From a bacterium (GTDB taxonomy: Bacteria > SAR324 > JACQKK01): DNA of 64,000 bases. Made by a program: the position numbers and the translations under genes. Each line of letters opens with the position of its first letter. The stretch's first letter is position 1. Shown here in pieces: positions 11,416 through 20,784 of the stretch. The stretch covers positions 1,156,443 to 1,220,442 of the forward strand of contig OZ252237.1 of assembly GCA_965249525.1 (NCBI GenBank). The letters run 5' to 3'. The notes beneath the pieces are model-generated. The model saw only the letters and a program-made list of their open reading frames with translations, was not told the DNA's origin and did no database searches.

Positions 11416-11432
11416 TCCTTTTGTTAGGCATT

Positions 11433-11474
11433 GCGTATTGGTGTTTGCGTATTGGTGTTTGCGTATTGGTGTTT
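11433..11474. repeat. 14-bp tandem repeat x3 (GCGTATTGGTGTTT) in the atpG-atpD spacer
   Basis: Direct reading. Confidence 0.9.
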
Positions 11475-11676
11475 TGCTGCTGGAGGCTGCTGGAAGCTGC
11501 GCTTTGCTGCCAGCTGGAAAAAGGGGATGATGCAGCATCTGCTGTCATCACCATACTGCTGAATCACAGCCTGTGCCAGTACCTGATTTGCCTTTTGTGC
11601 ATGATAATGGCTTGCCCGCAAAGACCAGACCTGAGTGCCTGGCTGCCTGTGTGACTGCCTGGCTGGCTGTCTGCTT

Positions 11677-11740
11677 GGCTGGCTACCTGCATGGCTGGCT
11701 ACCTGCATGGCTGGCTACCTGCATGGCTGGCTACCTGCCT
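11677..11740. repeat. 16-bp tandem repeat x4 (GGCTGGCTACCTGCAT) in the atpG-atpD spacer
   Basis: Direct reading. Embedded in a longer degenerate GGCTG/CCTG-rich stretch, ~11634-11780. Confidence 0.9.
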
Positions 11741-11789
11741 GGCTAGCTGGCTGCCTGCTTGGCTGCTTGGCTGCCTGGCTGCTGGGTCA

Positions 11790-12713
11790 TCATAGTGCCT
11801 GCGCTCCGTTGATGATTTCTATCAGTTCGCGGGTAATCATAGACTGGCGCAGACGGTTGTATTGCAGGGTGAGGGAATCTATCATCTCGCCAGCGTTCTT
11901 GGTGGCAGCTTCCATAGCTACCATGCGGGCACCGTGTTCGCCCGCTTCGGTTTCCAGCAGGGCGGTATAGGCTTGGTTGTGCAGATAATCTGTCAGCAGC
12001 CTTTCCAGCAGCAGCCTCGGTGAGGGTTCCAGCAGTATTTGGCGGGGCAGTTCGGCGGGCGGGGTGGTTGCGGGTCCTGCTGCGGTGGTTGGGGCTGTGG
12101 CTGGGGTGGTGGAATCTGCCTCTGCGGTCTCTGCTGCCAGGGCAGCCAGCGGCAGCAGCTGTGTCAGCACTGGGGTCTGCTTGATAGGGTTGTAAAAGCG
12201 ATTGTGCGCCAGCCACAACTGACCGGTTTCACCCCGCAGGAAGATTTGGGCTAATTCTTCCATCAGGGCATCCATCTGGCTGAAGCGCTCAACTTCTGGC
12301 TGTTGAACAATGGAGCGCTCCAGCTTGTGGTCGCCACTCAGACGCATACGGAAAAACTCCTGCCCCTTGCGACCAAACACATACAGCGCACAGGCGGGCT
12401 GCTGCTGCAAAAAACCCAGCACCTCCTTGTTCAATTGCGAATTAAAAGCCCCCGCCAAGCCTCTGTCAGAAGTCAAGATAATCAAGGACACATGCTGATT
12501 TTGATTGGACTCAAAGAAGGCGTGTCCCGCATCTGCCTGTTCTGCCAGCCAGGCAAGGGTTTTAGAGAGCTCATGGGCATAAGGCTGTGCCTGCTGGGCG
12601 CGCATTTGGGCGCGGTTGAGCTTAACCGCAGAGACCATGCGCATGGCGCTGGTAATCTGTCGGGTGTTGGTGACGCTGTCTATGCGTCTTTTAAGCTCGC
12701 GGGGGGTGGGCAT
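11790..12713 (-). CDS. atpG: F1 ATP synthase gamma subunit
   Basis: 307 aa. N-terminal RIDSVTNTRQITSAMRMVSAVKL and C-terminal ITRELIEIINGAQAL. Contains a low-complexity insert (AAETAEADSTTPATAPTTAAGPATTPP). Confidence 0.9.
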   Translation of the reverse strand: MPTPRELKRRIDSVTNTRQITSAMRMVSAVKLNRAQMRAQQAQPYAHELSKTLAWLAEQADAGHAFFESNQNQHVSLIILTSDRGLAGAFNSQLNKEVLGFLQQQPACALYVFGRKGQEFFRMRLSGDHKLERSIVQQPEVERFSQMDALMEELAQIFLRGETGQLWLAHNRFYNPIKQTPVLTQLLPLAALAAETAEADSTTPATAPTTAAGPATTPPAELPRQILLEPSPRLLLERLLTDYLHNQAYTALLETEAGEHGARMVAMEAATKNAGEMIDSLTLQYNRLRQSMITRELIEIINGAQAL

Positions 12714-12764
12714 AAAAAAGTGCTGACTTTAAGAACCTGACTTAGAACTAGGAAGCATGATCTT

Positions 12765-12824
12765 GCTGCGCGAAGCCTGGTCTGGCTGCGCGAAGCCTGG
12801 TCTGGCTGCGCGAAGCCTGGTCTT
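12765..12824. repeat. 20-bp tandem repeat x3 (GCTGCGCGAAGCCTGGTCTG) in the atpA-atpG spacer
   Basis: Direct reading. The last unit runs into the atpA stop codon (12823-12825). Confidence 0.9.
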
Positions 12825-14334
12825 ACTGCGCTTGGAAGGTCTGCTTGAATTGCTGGATGGCAGCTTCCAGCTGTTGTGCCAGCTCATCAGAAATATCCTG
12901 TTGGGTGGCTAATTGTTCACGCAGTGAGGCGTGGCTGCTGCTGATAAATGCCAAAAACTCGCTTTCAAATTTCTTTACCGCAGCTATGGGAACATCATCC
13001 AAGCCGCCGTGGGTGCCCACAAAAAGACTCAGCACCTGATCCACCACATCCATGGGCTGGTACTGATCCTGCTTCAACAACTCCGTCAAGCGTGCTCCGC
13101 GTGCCAGCTGGGCTTGGGTAGCCTTGTCCAAATCGCTGCCGAATTGGGCAAAGGCAGCCTTCTCACGATACTGCGCCAACTCCAATCGCAGGGTTCCTGC
13201 CACCTTCTTCATGGATTTCACCTGCGCCGCCCCTCCCACACGAGAAACCGACAGCCCCACATTAATGGCAGGACGCAGACCGGCATTAAACAAGTCGGTG
13301 CTGAGGAATATCTGACCGTCGGTGATGGAAATCACATTGGTAGGAATGTAGGCAGAAATGTCTCCCGCTTGGGTTTCAATGATAGGCAGGGCGGTGAGCG
13401 AACCTCCTCCTTGGGAGGGGTTCAACTTGGCAGCCCGTTCCAGCAGACGGCTGTGCAGATAAAAGACATCGCCAGGGTAGGCTTCGCGCCCAGGAGGACG
13501 CCGCAGCAGCAGCGACAGCTGACGATAAGCCACCGCCTGCTTGGAGAGATCATCATACAGGCACAGCACATGTTTGCCCTGATGCATGAAGTACTCCCCG
13601 ATGCTGCACCCCGCCATGGGTGCGATGTACTGCAAAGGGGCGGGGTCTGCGGCACTGGCAGACACCACGATGGTATAATCCATAGCGTTTTCTTCTTCCA
13701 GCCGTTGGACAACATTGACCACACTGGAATTCTTTTGACCGATAGCCACATAAATGCAAATCACATCTGTATGGCGTTGGTTGATGATGGTATCCACGGC
13801 AATGGCGGTTTTGCCCGTTTGACGGTCGCCGATAATCAGTTCGCGCTGCCCACGTCCGATGGGTATCATGCCGTCTATGGCTTTAATGCCAGTTTGCAGG
13901 GGCTGCCTCACCGGTTCTCGGGCGATGATGCCTGGTGCCACAATATCTATCAGACGACTGTCTTGAGCTTTAATGGGCCCCTTGCCGTCTATGGGCTGCC
14001 CCAGGGGGTTGACCACGCGTCCCAGCAAGGCGTCTCCTACGGGGACCGCAGCGATTTTTTGGGTGCGATGGACGGTATCCCCTTCTTTGAGGTGCTGCTG
14101 GTCTCCCATAAGCACAGCACCCACATTGTCTTCTTCTAGGTTTAAGGCAATGCCACTGAGGTTTTGCGGGAAGCTGAGGAGTTCGCCCATTTGCACCTGT
14201 TCCAGTCCGTGAATGCGGGCGATGCCATCACCGACGGTGAGTACGGTGCCTATTTCTTCGCCCTTGGTTTTAAGGTCAACAGCAGCCAGTTCTTTTTGCA
14301 GGATAGTGCTGATTTCTTCGGCACGCAGTTTCAT
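12823..14334 (-). CDS. atpA: F1 ATP synthase alpha subunit
   Basis: 503 aa. Walker A GDRQTGKT, and [27 protein letters not shown]. Confidence 0.97.
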   Translation of the reverse strand: MKLRAEEISTILQKELAAVDLKTKGEEIGTVLTVGDGIARIHGLEQVQMGELLSFPQNLSGIALNLEEDNVGAVLMGDQQHLKEGDTVHRTQKIAAVPVGDALLGRVVNPLGQPIDGKGPIKAQDSRLIDIVAPGIIAREPVRQPLQTGIKAIDGMIPIGRGQRELIIGDRQTGKTAIAVDTIINQRHTDVICIYVAIGQKNSSVVNVVQRLEEENAMDYTIVVSASAADPAPLQYIAPMAGCSIGEYFMHQGKHVLCLYDDLSKQAVAYRQLSLLLRRPPGREAYPGDVFYLHSRLLERAAKLNPSQGGGSLTALPIIETQAGDISAYIPTNVISITDGQIFLSTDLFNAGLRPAINVGLSVSRVGGAAQVKSMKKVAGTLRLELAQYREKAAFAQFGSDLDKATQAQLARGARLTELLKQDQYQPMDVVDQVLSLFVGTHGGLDDVPIAAVKKFESEFLAFISSSHASLREQLATQQDISDELAQQLEAAIQQFKQTFQAQ

Positions 14335-14353
14335 GGAGATTTCCTTTTACTAG

Positions 14354-14421
14354 GTTTTTTAGAACAATGGGTTTTTTGGAACAATGGGTTTTTTAGAACA
14401 ATTAGTTTTTTGGAACAATTT
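14354..14421. repeat. 17-bp tandem repeat x4 (GTTTTTTRGAACAATGG) in the atpH-atpA spacer
   Basis: Direct reading. Confidence 0.9.
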
Positions 14422-14444
14422 GGAAGGGACTTATGAGACCTTGG

Positions 14445-14981
14445 CTAGCTGGGGTTCAGCTGCTGCTGGATAGACTGTAATTTGCCACGCAGGCTGCCGT
14501 CCCAGCTGCGGCTGCCAGCGGTGACGGTAACTCCCCCCAGCAATTGGGGGTCGGTTTCCAGCTGCAGGATGACTTTTTTGTGGAGCATGCGTTCTAGTTG
14601 ATGCTGGAGCTGCTGTTGATGCTCTTGCGAGAGAGGAGAAGCCGAGCATACCACAGCTTGGATGCGTCCTGCGGCTTCATCAGCGATGGCAGCGAATGCC
14701 TGTGCCAAGGGAACAAGCAGCCCCAGGCGGCGTTTTCTGCCCAACACAGCGGGGAGATTTTTTAGTACTGTGGGAGCTTGGACTCGCTGAAACAGGGCTT
14801 GGGTGATGCCAATGCCAGCCTCATAAGCGGGACTCTCCAAGGCATGACGCAAGGGGGCGGACTCTTGCAGGGCTTGGGCTACCGCCTGGAGACTGCCAGC
14901 AGTCTGTTCTACCTGATTGTGTTCTTCCGCCAAATGAAACACTGCCAAAGCATAGCGTTTTGCCACCACAGCTGCACTCAT
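14445..14981 (-). CDS. atpH: F1 ATP synthase delta (OSCP) subunit
   Basis: 178 aa, VAKRYALAVFHLAEE... OSCP-like. ATGA overlap with the atpF stop. Confidence 0.85.
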   Translation of the reverse strand: MSAAVVAKRYALAVFHLAEEHNQVEQTAGSLQAVAQALQESAPLRHALESPAYEAGIGITQALFQRVQAPTVLKNLPAVLGRKRRLGLLVPLAQAFAAIADEAAGRIQAVVCSASPLSQEHQQQLQHQLERMLHKKVILQLETDPQLLGGVTVTAGSRSWDGSLRGKLQSIQQQLNPS

Positions 14982-15730
14982 GCGGACTCTCCTTTGCTGG
15001 TCGCCAGATCTTCATTGCCCAGGTTTTTATTGCCCAGCTGCGTCACAAACTGCGCCACAAACTGCTGGTGCTGCCCCTCGTTCAAGCCTGCCTGCAGCTG
15101 CTGCTCCGCCAAACGCACCGCTTCATTCACCAACCGACCCCGCAGCACCCCCAGGGCATGCGCCATCTCTTGCGACGCCTGCTGCTTCATCTGCTCGCCC
15201 AAGCGCCTGGCTCGCAGCTCCGCCTTGGCTATTAACTCCGCCTGCTCCACCTCCAATCTTTGCTTCACCTCTCGCATGCGAACCTCCAACTCCGCCTCCA
15301 TAGCCTCCACCCGTTCACCACGCTCCCGCAGCCGCCCCCTCGCCTCCTCAGCATCATGTTTCAAGCGCTCATATCCCGCACGCTCCTCCTCAACCCCACG
15401 GCGCAGCATCCCCGCCACCAACTTGCGAGCCCCCAAAAACCCCACCCCCAGCAATATCAATAAATTGATGCTCTTCCACAATAACGGCAGCCAAGGACTG
15501 CCCCCCTCTGCATGCACCGCCACCCCCTCCGCACCCCACACCCACAACGGCATCACCCACAACACCCCTAATATCCCCAATATCCCCAACCATCTGCCCC
15601 CTGCCAACACTCTGCCCATGCTAAAAACCAGGCCAAAAACCAGGCTAAAAACCATGCCAAAAACCAGGCCAAAAACCACGCTAAAAACCATGCCAAAACC
15701 TGCGCTAAAACCTGTACTAAAAAATTCCAT
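14978..15730 (-). CDS. atpF: Fo ATP synthase subunit b, with a repeat-derived hydrophobic N-terminal extension
   Basis: Start taken at ATG 15730 (TAATG overlap with the b' stop). One TM segment then a long charged coiled coil (...EEARGRLRERGERVEAMEAELEVRMREVKQRLEVEQAELIAKAE...). Confidence 0.75.
   Translation of the reverse strand: MEFFSTGFSAGFGMVFSVVFGLVFGMVFSLVFGLVFSMGRVLAGGRWLGILGILGVLWVMPLWVWGAEGVAVHAEGGSPWLPLLWKSINLLILLGVGFLGARKLVAGMLRRGVEEERAGYERLKHDAEEARGRLRERGERVEAMEAELEVRMREVKQRLEVEQAELIAKAELRARRLGEQMKQQASQEMAHALGVLRGRLVNEAVRLAEQQLQAGLNEGQHQQFVAQFVTQLGNKNLGNEDLATSKGESA
15620..15715. repeat. 12-bp tandem repeat x~8 (GCYAAAAACCAK) in the 5' end of atpF
   Basis: Direct reading. In frame, encoding (GLVF/GMVF/SLVF)n. 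Confidence 0.85.
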
Positions 15731-16218
15731 TAAGACAGCAAGCGCTTGCTCACTTGCTCCGACAACCACTGCGCCTGCTGAGACAGCACCCGTTCCGCCT
15801 CCGCAACCTGCTGCTTCACCTCAGCCCTGGCCTCCGCCAACTCTCGCTGCGCAGCCTCCCGAGCCTTGGCTACCACCTGCTCCGCCATTTGCTCCGCTGC
15901 CCGCAAACCCTCCCCACGCATGGCATCCAACTGCTGCTTAACCTCTGACAACCTGCGTTCATAATCCGCCAGCATCTTTTCTGACTCCGCAGTGTCCCGC
16001 TCGGCAGACTCTCCCCATCCCTTCAACAATAAACCCCGCGCATCCAAACTGCGCAGCACAGGAGCAAACCACCAACGATTCAACAACCACAACACCACCA
16101 CCACCAACAGCGTCATAAACAAGGGGGTGTTTAACTGCAAATGCAGCAAATCAAAATCAAATATTTCTATTAAATAAGGAGATTCCCGATAATCCATGGC
16201 GCTTTTATCTGACTCCAA
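15730..16218 (-). CDS. Fo ATP synthase subunit b' (second b-type subunit)
   Basis: 162-aa track ORF (TTG at 16218; alternative ATG at 16197). TM LFMTLLVVVVLWLLNRWWFAPV then a coiled coil (AESEKMLADYERRLSEVKQQLDAMR...). Position is immediately upstream of atpF. Confidence 0.7.
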   Translation of the reverse strand: MESDKSAMDYRESPYLIEIFDFDLLHLQLNTPLFMTLLVVVVLWLLNRWWFAPVLRSLDARGLLLKGWGESAERDTAESEKMLADYERRLSEVKQQLDAMRGEGLRAAEQMAEQVVAKAREAAQRELAEARAEVKQQVAEAERVLSQQAQWLSEQVSKRLLS

Positions 16219-16375
16219 CTCTGCGGGTTCTCAGTGTCCCAGCTGCGCTATTTCCATCTCACGAGTACTCGCTCATCAAACCCCTTCACCTAGACCCTCT
16301 CACCTAGACCCCTTCACCACAACTCCAACAACCCAGTATGTGACCTCTGCTGGGCTGCTGTCAATCCATATAAAC

Positions 16376-17803
16376 TCACAAGACATTGGCAGCCAGTTCT
16401 GCCAACGGTGAGCGTTCCCCCTTGCTAAGGGTAACATGCCCCGCAATGGCATGACTTCTCAAGCGTTCCACCACATGACTCAGCCCATTGGAGACCAGGT
16501 CTAGATAAGGATTGTCTATTTGCTGGGGGTCGCCTGTGAGTACGATTTTGGTACCTTTGCCCACCCTGGTGATGATGGTTTTGATTTCATGCGGGGTCAG
16601 GTTTTGCGCTTCATCCACCACCAGGAATTGGTTGGGGATGCTGCGGCCGCGGATGTAAGTGAGGGGTTCAATGGAGATGAGTCCTTGTTCAATGAGGGGT
16701 TGGTAGCCTTGGGGATGGTGGGAGGCAGGGTTTTGGATGAGCAGGCTGAGGTTGTCAAAGATGGGCTGCATCCAGGGTTCCAGCTTTTCTTGTACGTTGC
16801 CTGGGAGGTAGCCGATGTCTTTTCCCATAGGGAAGATGGGTCTGGAGATCAGCATTTTGCGATAGGTTTTGTCATCCATCATTTGCTGGAGGCCTGCGGC
16901 CAGTGCCAGCAGCGTTTTACCGGTGCCGGCTTTTCCCAGCAGGGTAACGATGGAGAGTTTTGCATCTAGCAGCATATCCAGGGCAAGGGCTTGGGCGGGG
17001 TTGCAGGGTTGGAGTCCCCAGACGCCGCCGCAGAAATTTTTCAGCGGCAGGAAGGTTTTTTTATCGGCGTGATAACGCAGCAGGAGAGGAGGTTTTCCAT
17101 TGGAGGAGGTGGTGATGACTCCTTGATTGGGAAAGGGGTTGGAGATGCCGAGGCTGCTGGAGGTGAGATGTTGTTGGCTGGCGAGGAATTGGAGTTTCTG
17201 GGCTGATACCTGCTGAGAGATGCAGCCAGAGTATATTTTTCCATTAGAGAGGGCGGAGGAGGTTTCATAGGCGGCGGCTTCCAGCCCCAGTACATGGGCT
17301 TTAACCCGTGTGTTGACATCTTGGCTGATAAGGATGACTTTTCTTTGCGCCTGGGCGTGGATATCCAGGGCGCAGGCCAGGGTTTGGTTGCCTGGACGGC
17401 GTGCTTCTAATTGGGGAGAAAGGGCTTGGGGAGAAGAACGCCAGACATGAACCCGCAGCCGACCTTGGTTATCCAGAGGGACACCCTTGGCCAATGAGCC
17501 TCGGGCTCGTAAACCATCTAGGGCGATAGAGACCAGGCGGGCGTTGCGTCCTTTTTCGGACATTTCTGCCTTAAAGCGGTCTATCTCTTCTATAACGCTG
17601 ATGGGTGCCACCACCTCTGCATCGGCAAATGCGTACAAGGCATCGGGATCATGCAGCAAGACGTTGGTATCCAACACATAGCAGGACGGGAGACCTCCGT
17701 TTTTTGCTCCGTTTTTTGCTCCGTTTTTTGCTCTGTTTTTTGCTCTGTTTTTTGCTCTGTTTTTTGCTCTGTTTTTTACTCTGTTTTTTACTTGCACAAC
17801 CAA
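16376..17803 (-). CDS. PhoH2-type protein (N-terminal PIN domain + PhoH-like ATPase)
   Basis: YVLDTNVLLHDPDAL (PIN), Walker A GKAGTGKT, LVVDEAQNLTPHE. Non-ATG start (TTG 17803 or GTG 17797). N-terminal (KNRA/KNGA) repeat. Confidence 0.85.
   Translation of the reverse strand: MVVQVKNRVKNRAKNRAKNRAKNRAKNGAKNGAKNGGLPSCYVLDTNVLLHDPDALYAFADAEVVAPISVIEEIDRFKAEMSEKGRNARLVSIALDGLRARGSLAKGVPLDNQGRLRVHVWRSSPQALSPQLEARRPGNQTLACALDIHAQAQRKVILISQDVNTRVKAHVLGLEAAAYETSSALSNGKIYSGCISQQVSAQKLQFLASQQHLTSSSLGISNPFPNQGVITTSSNGKPPLLLRYHADKKTFLPLKNFCGGVWGLQPCNPAQALALDMLLDAKLSIVTLLGKAGTGKTLLALAAGLQQMMDDKTYRKMLISRPIFPMGKDIGYLPGNVQEKLEPWMQPIFDNLSLLIQNPASHHPQGYQPLIEQGLISIEPLTYIRGRSIPNQFLVVDEAQNLTPHEIKTIITRVGKGTKIVLTGDPQQIDNPYLDLVSNGLSHVVERLRSHAIAGHVTLSKGERSPLAELAANVL
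17697..17792. repeat. 12-bp tandem repeat x8 (CYGTTTTTTRCT) at the 5' end of the PhoH2 gene
   Basis: Direct reading. In frame, encoding VKNRVKNRAKNRAKNRAKNRAKNGAKNGAKNG. Confidence 0.9.
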
Positions 17804-17877
17804 GAAGCACTTCCTTTACAAGCTATCCGCCCCGACTAGGCTTGATGGCAAAACCGAATAAAGCCTCGCTGCCAGCA

Positions 17878-18768
17878 TTATATGCTGAGTTCTTGCAGTG
17901 CCTTGATGCGATTTTCCAGCGGTGGGTGGGTAGCAAATAAAGCCATCATACCCTTGGGACGGGAAGAAATCTTCAAAGTATTCAAAGAAGCATGTTCTTT
18001 GCCAGCAGAAGCCATGGCAATGGTGCTTTGCAAGCCCTGCAGCGCCGCAACCATCTTGCCCTTGCCTGCCAAACGCGCCCCTCCTGCATCCGCATGATAC
18101 TCCCGCCAGCGAGAAAACCAACACACCACAATCATGCCTAAGAAACTCAAACCTATCTGCAAAACAATCACCACCATAAACTGCATAAACACCCGCCCCT
18201 CTTCTCGCGCATTGGCGGTAATGGCATATGCAATCACCCGCGCCAAGAACATCACAATGGCGTTTATCACCCCTTGCAACAAGGTCATGGTCACCATGTC
18301 CCCGTTGGTGATATGGGCAACCTCGTGTGCCAGCACCCCTTCTACCTGGTCGTTGTTCATGCGCGACAGCAGCCCACTGGACACCGCCACCAGCGACCTG
18401 TTGCGAGAAGGCCCGGTGGCAAATGCATTCACCTCGGGGCTGTCATAAATCCCCACCTGCGGCATCACCTTCATCTCCGCCTTGTTACAAATGGCATGCA
18501 CCCTCTCCATCAACGCCCGTTCGGAACCCCTGGCTTTATCGGGGGTTATCACCCGCACCCGCATCATCTTCTTTGCCATCCAGCGGGAAATCTGCAGCGA
18601 AATAAACGCCCCTCCCATACCCCACACCAAACAGATCAAAGCCAAAGAACCGTAGTTCAGCCCATACTCGGTTACATAAGAACCTATGCCCAAGAAGCTC
18701 ATCACCACAGTCAAGGTGGTGATAATTAATACATTGACCATCATGAAAAACATCATTCGTCTGAACAT
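17878..18768 (-). CDS. htpX: Membrane zinc metalloprotease HtpX
   Basis: 296 aa. HEVAH (HExxH) motif, 4 TM segments, GGAG SD 6 nt upstream. Confidence 0.9.
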   Translation of the reverse strand: MFRRMMFFMMVNVLIITTLTVVMSFLGIGSYVTEYGLNYGSLALICLVWGMGGAFISLQISRWMAKKMMRVRVITPDKARGSERALMERVHAICNKAEMKVMPQVGIYDSPEVNAFATGPSRNRSLVAVSSGLLSRMNNDQVEGVLAHEVAHITNGDMVTMTLLQGVINAIVMFLARVIAYAITANAREEGRVFMQFMVVIVLQIGLSFLGMIVVCWFSRWREYHADAGGARLAGKGKMVAALQGLQSTIAMASAGKEHASLNTLKISSRPKGMMALFATHPPLENRIKALQELSI

Positions 18769-18822
18769 TTGTTACTCCAATTCTTAAAAAAATGAATGCC
18801 TGTAAAACACCAAAACCGCATG

Positions 18823-18942
18823 CCTAGCGACCTTATACCTAGCGACCTTATACCTAGCGACCTTATACCTAGCGACCTTATACCTAGCGACCTTATACCT
18901 AGCGACCTTATACCTAGCGACCTTATACCTAGCGACCTTAAC
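18823..18942. repeat. 15-bp tandem repeat x8 (CCTAGCGACCTTATA) upstream of htpX
   Basis: Direct reading; seven perfect units and one variant. No spacers, so this is not a CRISPR array. Confidence 0.95.
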
Positions 18943-19197
18943 CACTCTTGCTAGTTGTTATACCATAAAAATCTACCTTCATCACCCTATCAGGACAACA
19001 GCAGGGTTGCAAATGGCTAAAATAGAAAAACCCCAGCTAGAAAAATCCCAGATAGCAACCATCTCCATGCTGCTTTTGAAAATGTACCCACAAATACCGC
19101 TGCTGCAAAATATACCAGAATTTAATCTTGCTGTTTGGGATTTATTTTTTTAGAATGGCGATGGTTGCTTTGCCCCGCCCCGCCAAAAATGTGATAA

Positions 19198-19274
19198 GAA
19201 GGCAGTGAGAAGGGAGAGAGGGGTAGTGAGGAAGGTAGTGAGAAGGCAGTGAGAAGGCAGTGAGAAGGCAGTGA
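19198..19274. repeat. 11-bp tandem repeat x~7 (GAAGGCAGTGA, partly degenerate)
   Basis: Direct reading. Confidence 0.8.
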
Positions 19275-19329
19275 GAGGGCAAAGAGGACACATAAGAGAA
19301 TACGCTGAAAGGGCGTAACAAAGTAAAAA

Positions 19330-19434
19330 CCAAGCAGAAAACCCAGCAGAAAACCCAGCAGAAAACCAAACAGAAAACCCAGCAGAAAACCCAGCAGAAA
19401 ACCCAGCAGAAAACCAAACAGAAAACCCAGCAGA
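19330..19434. repeat. 12-bp tandem repeat x~9 (CAGCAGAAAACC / CAAACAGAAAAC)
   Basis: Direct reading. Ends 12 bp before the AGGAGG of the 19457 ORF. Confidence 0.9.
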
Positions 19435-19456
19435 AGAAGCACGCCAGGAGGACAGC

Positions 19457-19768
19457 ATGCAAAATATCTTATCTGAAAGCCATCAAGAAAATATCAATCG
19501 CGGCATTGTATTGCTCATCTCCGGAGGGGCAACTGTACTATTAAAATGGGTGCTGCCAGCCGTAGCACCTTTGGCAGTAGTAGCATACGGCATTTATCGT
19601 TTATATACACGCAATTTTCGGGAAGGGGGCATTGCCATTATGATTGCCTTGCTGCTGTGGCTGCTGCGACATCAAGTTGGCTGGCTGCTGTGGGCAGTGG
19701 CTGCCTTAATGACAGGTCTCGGTCTGTTCCTGCTGATAGCTGGTCTGCGAGACCAACTCTCCAAATAA
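19457..19768 (+). CDS. Small integral membrane protein (hypothetical)
   Basis: 103 aa. AGGAGG-N5-ATG and three hydrophobic helices. Confidence 0.5.
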   Translation: MQNILSESHQENINRGIVLLISGGATVLLKWVLPAVAPLAVVAYGIYRLYTRNFREGGIAIMIALLLWLLRHQVGWLLWAVAALMTGLGLFLLIAGLRDQLSK

Positions 19769-19809
19769 CCCCCGCCAGCCTTGGAAAAACCTCCCGAGAC
19801 ATACCCGCC

Positions 19810-20505
19810 ATGAAATCTCTCGCTGTACCCATTTGCTTTATATGGCTGCCCCTGGCAGCCCTGCTGCTGCCCCCAACCGCAGCTGCCCAGTCTTCCATTC
19901 GCCTGGATGATTTCTCCTCACACTACCCCGCACAAACCGCCCCAGAAAACTGGGAGAAAAAAACCGTAAAACCCTTTGCCACCAGTAAAGGCGAACAATT
20001 TCAATTCGTCCACCGAGACAACGATCATTACATCCGCATGGCTACAGGACCCAAAAATTTCTTCAGCCTGGGACCCAAATCCACCTTCCAGCCCGCCCAA
20101 TTCCCCCTCATCCGATGGGAATGGCTGGTCAGATCCTTCCCAGGAGACACCGAAGCCTACCAAAGCCAGCGCCGCGACAAAGCTGCTTCACTCTGCCTGT
20201 TTGACAACCCCAAAAGTCGCAAAGCATACCGCGCTGTCTGCTATGTGTGGGAACTGGACGGTCCCAAAAACACCCCCTCCATACCCCCCTACAATAAACG
20301 CACCGCCTTCATCAGCCTGCGCACCCGCAAAGATGACAAGCCCCAGCAATGGAACACAGAACAACGCAACCTGCTGCAAGACTTCCAACGCATCTGGGGC
20401 AAAGCCCCCACCAAGGGACAAATTACCATCTTCGTTGACTCTGACACCTCCAAATCCCGCGCCGAAGCCCTCTTCCGCAATATCATCCTCTTCAAAGCAT
20501 CCTAA
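19810..20505 (+). CDS. Secreted protein, DUF3047-like
   Basis: Internal ATG of track ORF 19546..20505 gives signal peptide MKSLAVPICFIWLPLAALLLPPTAAAQ. IRWEWLV, VCYVWEL and IFVDSDTS...EALFRNIILF match my recollection of DUF3047 (not searched). Confidence 0.55.
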   Translation: MKSLAVPICFIWLPLAALLLPPTAAAQSSIRLDDFSSHYPAQTAPENWEKKTVKPFATSKGEQFQFVHRDNDHYIRMATGPKNFFSLGPKSTFQPAQFPLIRWEWLVRSFPGDTEAYQSQRRDKAASLCLFDNPKSRKAYRAVCYVWELDGPKNTPSIPPYNKRTAFISLRTRKDDKPQQWNTEQRNLLQDFQRIWGKAPTKGQITIFVDSDTSKSRAEALFRNIILFKAS

Positions 20506-20680
20506 GTCTTTCATTAAACCTCGGTTTGCCCGCAAGGCAGGCTGATTGACCATATCCCCCAGCAAACCACCCTCTGCCTGATGAGGAATCCCTGCTGGCA
20601 GCACCCCCCACTCTCGCAAAGAACTTTTGCTGGAAAAAGGGGGGCAAAGGGTATGATTTTTCCATAACCTTTGGCAGTAG

Positions 20681-20740
20681 CCTGGGCAATCTCCTGGGCA
20701 ATCTCCTGGGCAACCGCCTGGGCAACCGCCTGGGTGACAG
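20681..20740. repeat. 12-bp tandem repeat x5 (CCTGGGCAAYCK) upstream of mgtE
   Basis: Direct reading. Ends 45 bp before the mgtE ATG. Confidence 0.9.
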
Positions 20741-20784
20741 TCCTCTGGCAAACAGCAGGGGGGTGATTCCTTTGAGGGTTTCGC

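Noticed and set aside
11424-11708. 94-aa minus-strand ORF in the atpG-atpD spacer
   Set aside because: It is composed largely of translated 14- and 16-bp tandem repeats, with no SD and no atp-related similarity (atpC is elsewhere).
12931-14139. 402-aa ORF on the + strand
   Set aside because: It lies entirely antisense to atpA, whose identity is unambiguous. The sequence is low-complexity and Gly/His/Gln-rich with no motif, so it is a shadow ORF. The same applies to 10242..10838 (antisense to atpD) and 35564..36055 (antisense to ald).
14778-15941. 387-aa ORF on the + strand
   Set aside because: It is antisense to atpH, atpF and atpF'. Its Pro/Ser/Thr/Ala-rich composition partly derives from the 12-bp repeat, and it has no start context.
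18823-18942. Possible CRISPR array (regular 15-bp repeats)
   Set aside because: The units are directly adjacent with no spacers, 15 bp is too short for a CRISPR repeat, and there are no cas genes. It is a plain tandem repeat.
19122-19462. Three overlapping minus-strand ORFs (~102-106 aa) rich in LGFLLGF / FCWVFC
   Set aside because: All three frames are open only because they translate the 12-bp and 11-bp tandem repeats. They are mutually exclusive and lack an SD.
20506-20784. M-box (Mg2+) riboswitch upstream of mgtE
   Set aside because: I could not recognise the M-box consensus. The leader is instead dominated by a 12-bp tandem repeat. A covariance-model search would settle this.
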